Of a DNA stretch of 45,703 nt, positions 45,703 to 45,703 are shown piece after piece. The notes under the pieces are model-generated. The model did not search any database, was not told the DNA's origin, and saw only the letters and a program-made list of their open reading frames with translations. The DNA lies in sequence record SRR22947727_1159; one strand, 5' to 3'. Made by a program: the position numbers and the translations under genes. How positions within the stretch are numbered: position 1 is the stretch's first letter; each line of letters starts with the position of its first letter.

Positions 45703-45703
45703 A

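Noticed and set aside
1..45703. CRISPR arrays, tRNA/rRNA, riboswitches, IS elements, retron or known defence operons
   Set aside because: No repeat-spacer periodicity, cloverleaf, transposase, reverse transcriptase or nuclease motifs seen; a covariance-model search would be needed to exclude small ncRNAs in spacers such as 19058-19226 and 44853-45122

Overview
An AT-rich (roughly one-third GC by eye), very gene-dense bacterial chromosomal segment with short or overlapping intergenic spacers. The gammaproteobacterial-type rpoH, uvrD, typA and lipAB, the streamlined layout and the many lipid-catabolic genes suggest a streamlined marine gammaproteobacterium such as SAR86 (inference only). Core genes: hemW 3' end, trmB, rpoH, cysQ, yaaA, lipA, lipB, uvrD, an RpiR/HexR regulator and typA. 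Accessory content: a three-phosphatase run upstream of rpoH, a TRAP transporter split across strands, a cyanomyophage-like MazG, a TMEM164/YwaF + PlsC-like acyltransferase pair, an XRE regulator with a 10-bp-arm operator palindrome over its -35, and a tightly coupled six-gene operon (Mpo1/DUF962, sterol-desaturase family, DUF3445 heme N-demethylase-like, membrane protein, ALDH7, lysine 6-dehydrogenase-like). An FMO, a standalone Pif1 helicase and many hydrolases and methyltransferases follow. Manual reading found six coding segments missing from the ORF track, a frameshifted DUF885 remnant and a 22-bp candidate bidirectional leaderless promoter. I saw no tRNA, rRNA, CRISPR array, IS element or integrase. 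All family calls come from motif recognition, not database searches. The best candidates for an undescribed system are the 26221-31031 operon and the MazG/small-ORF cluster; both are hypotheses.
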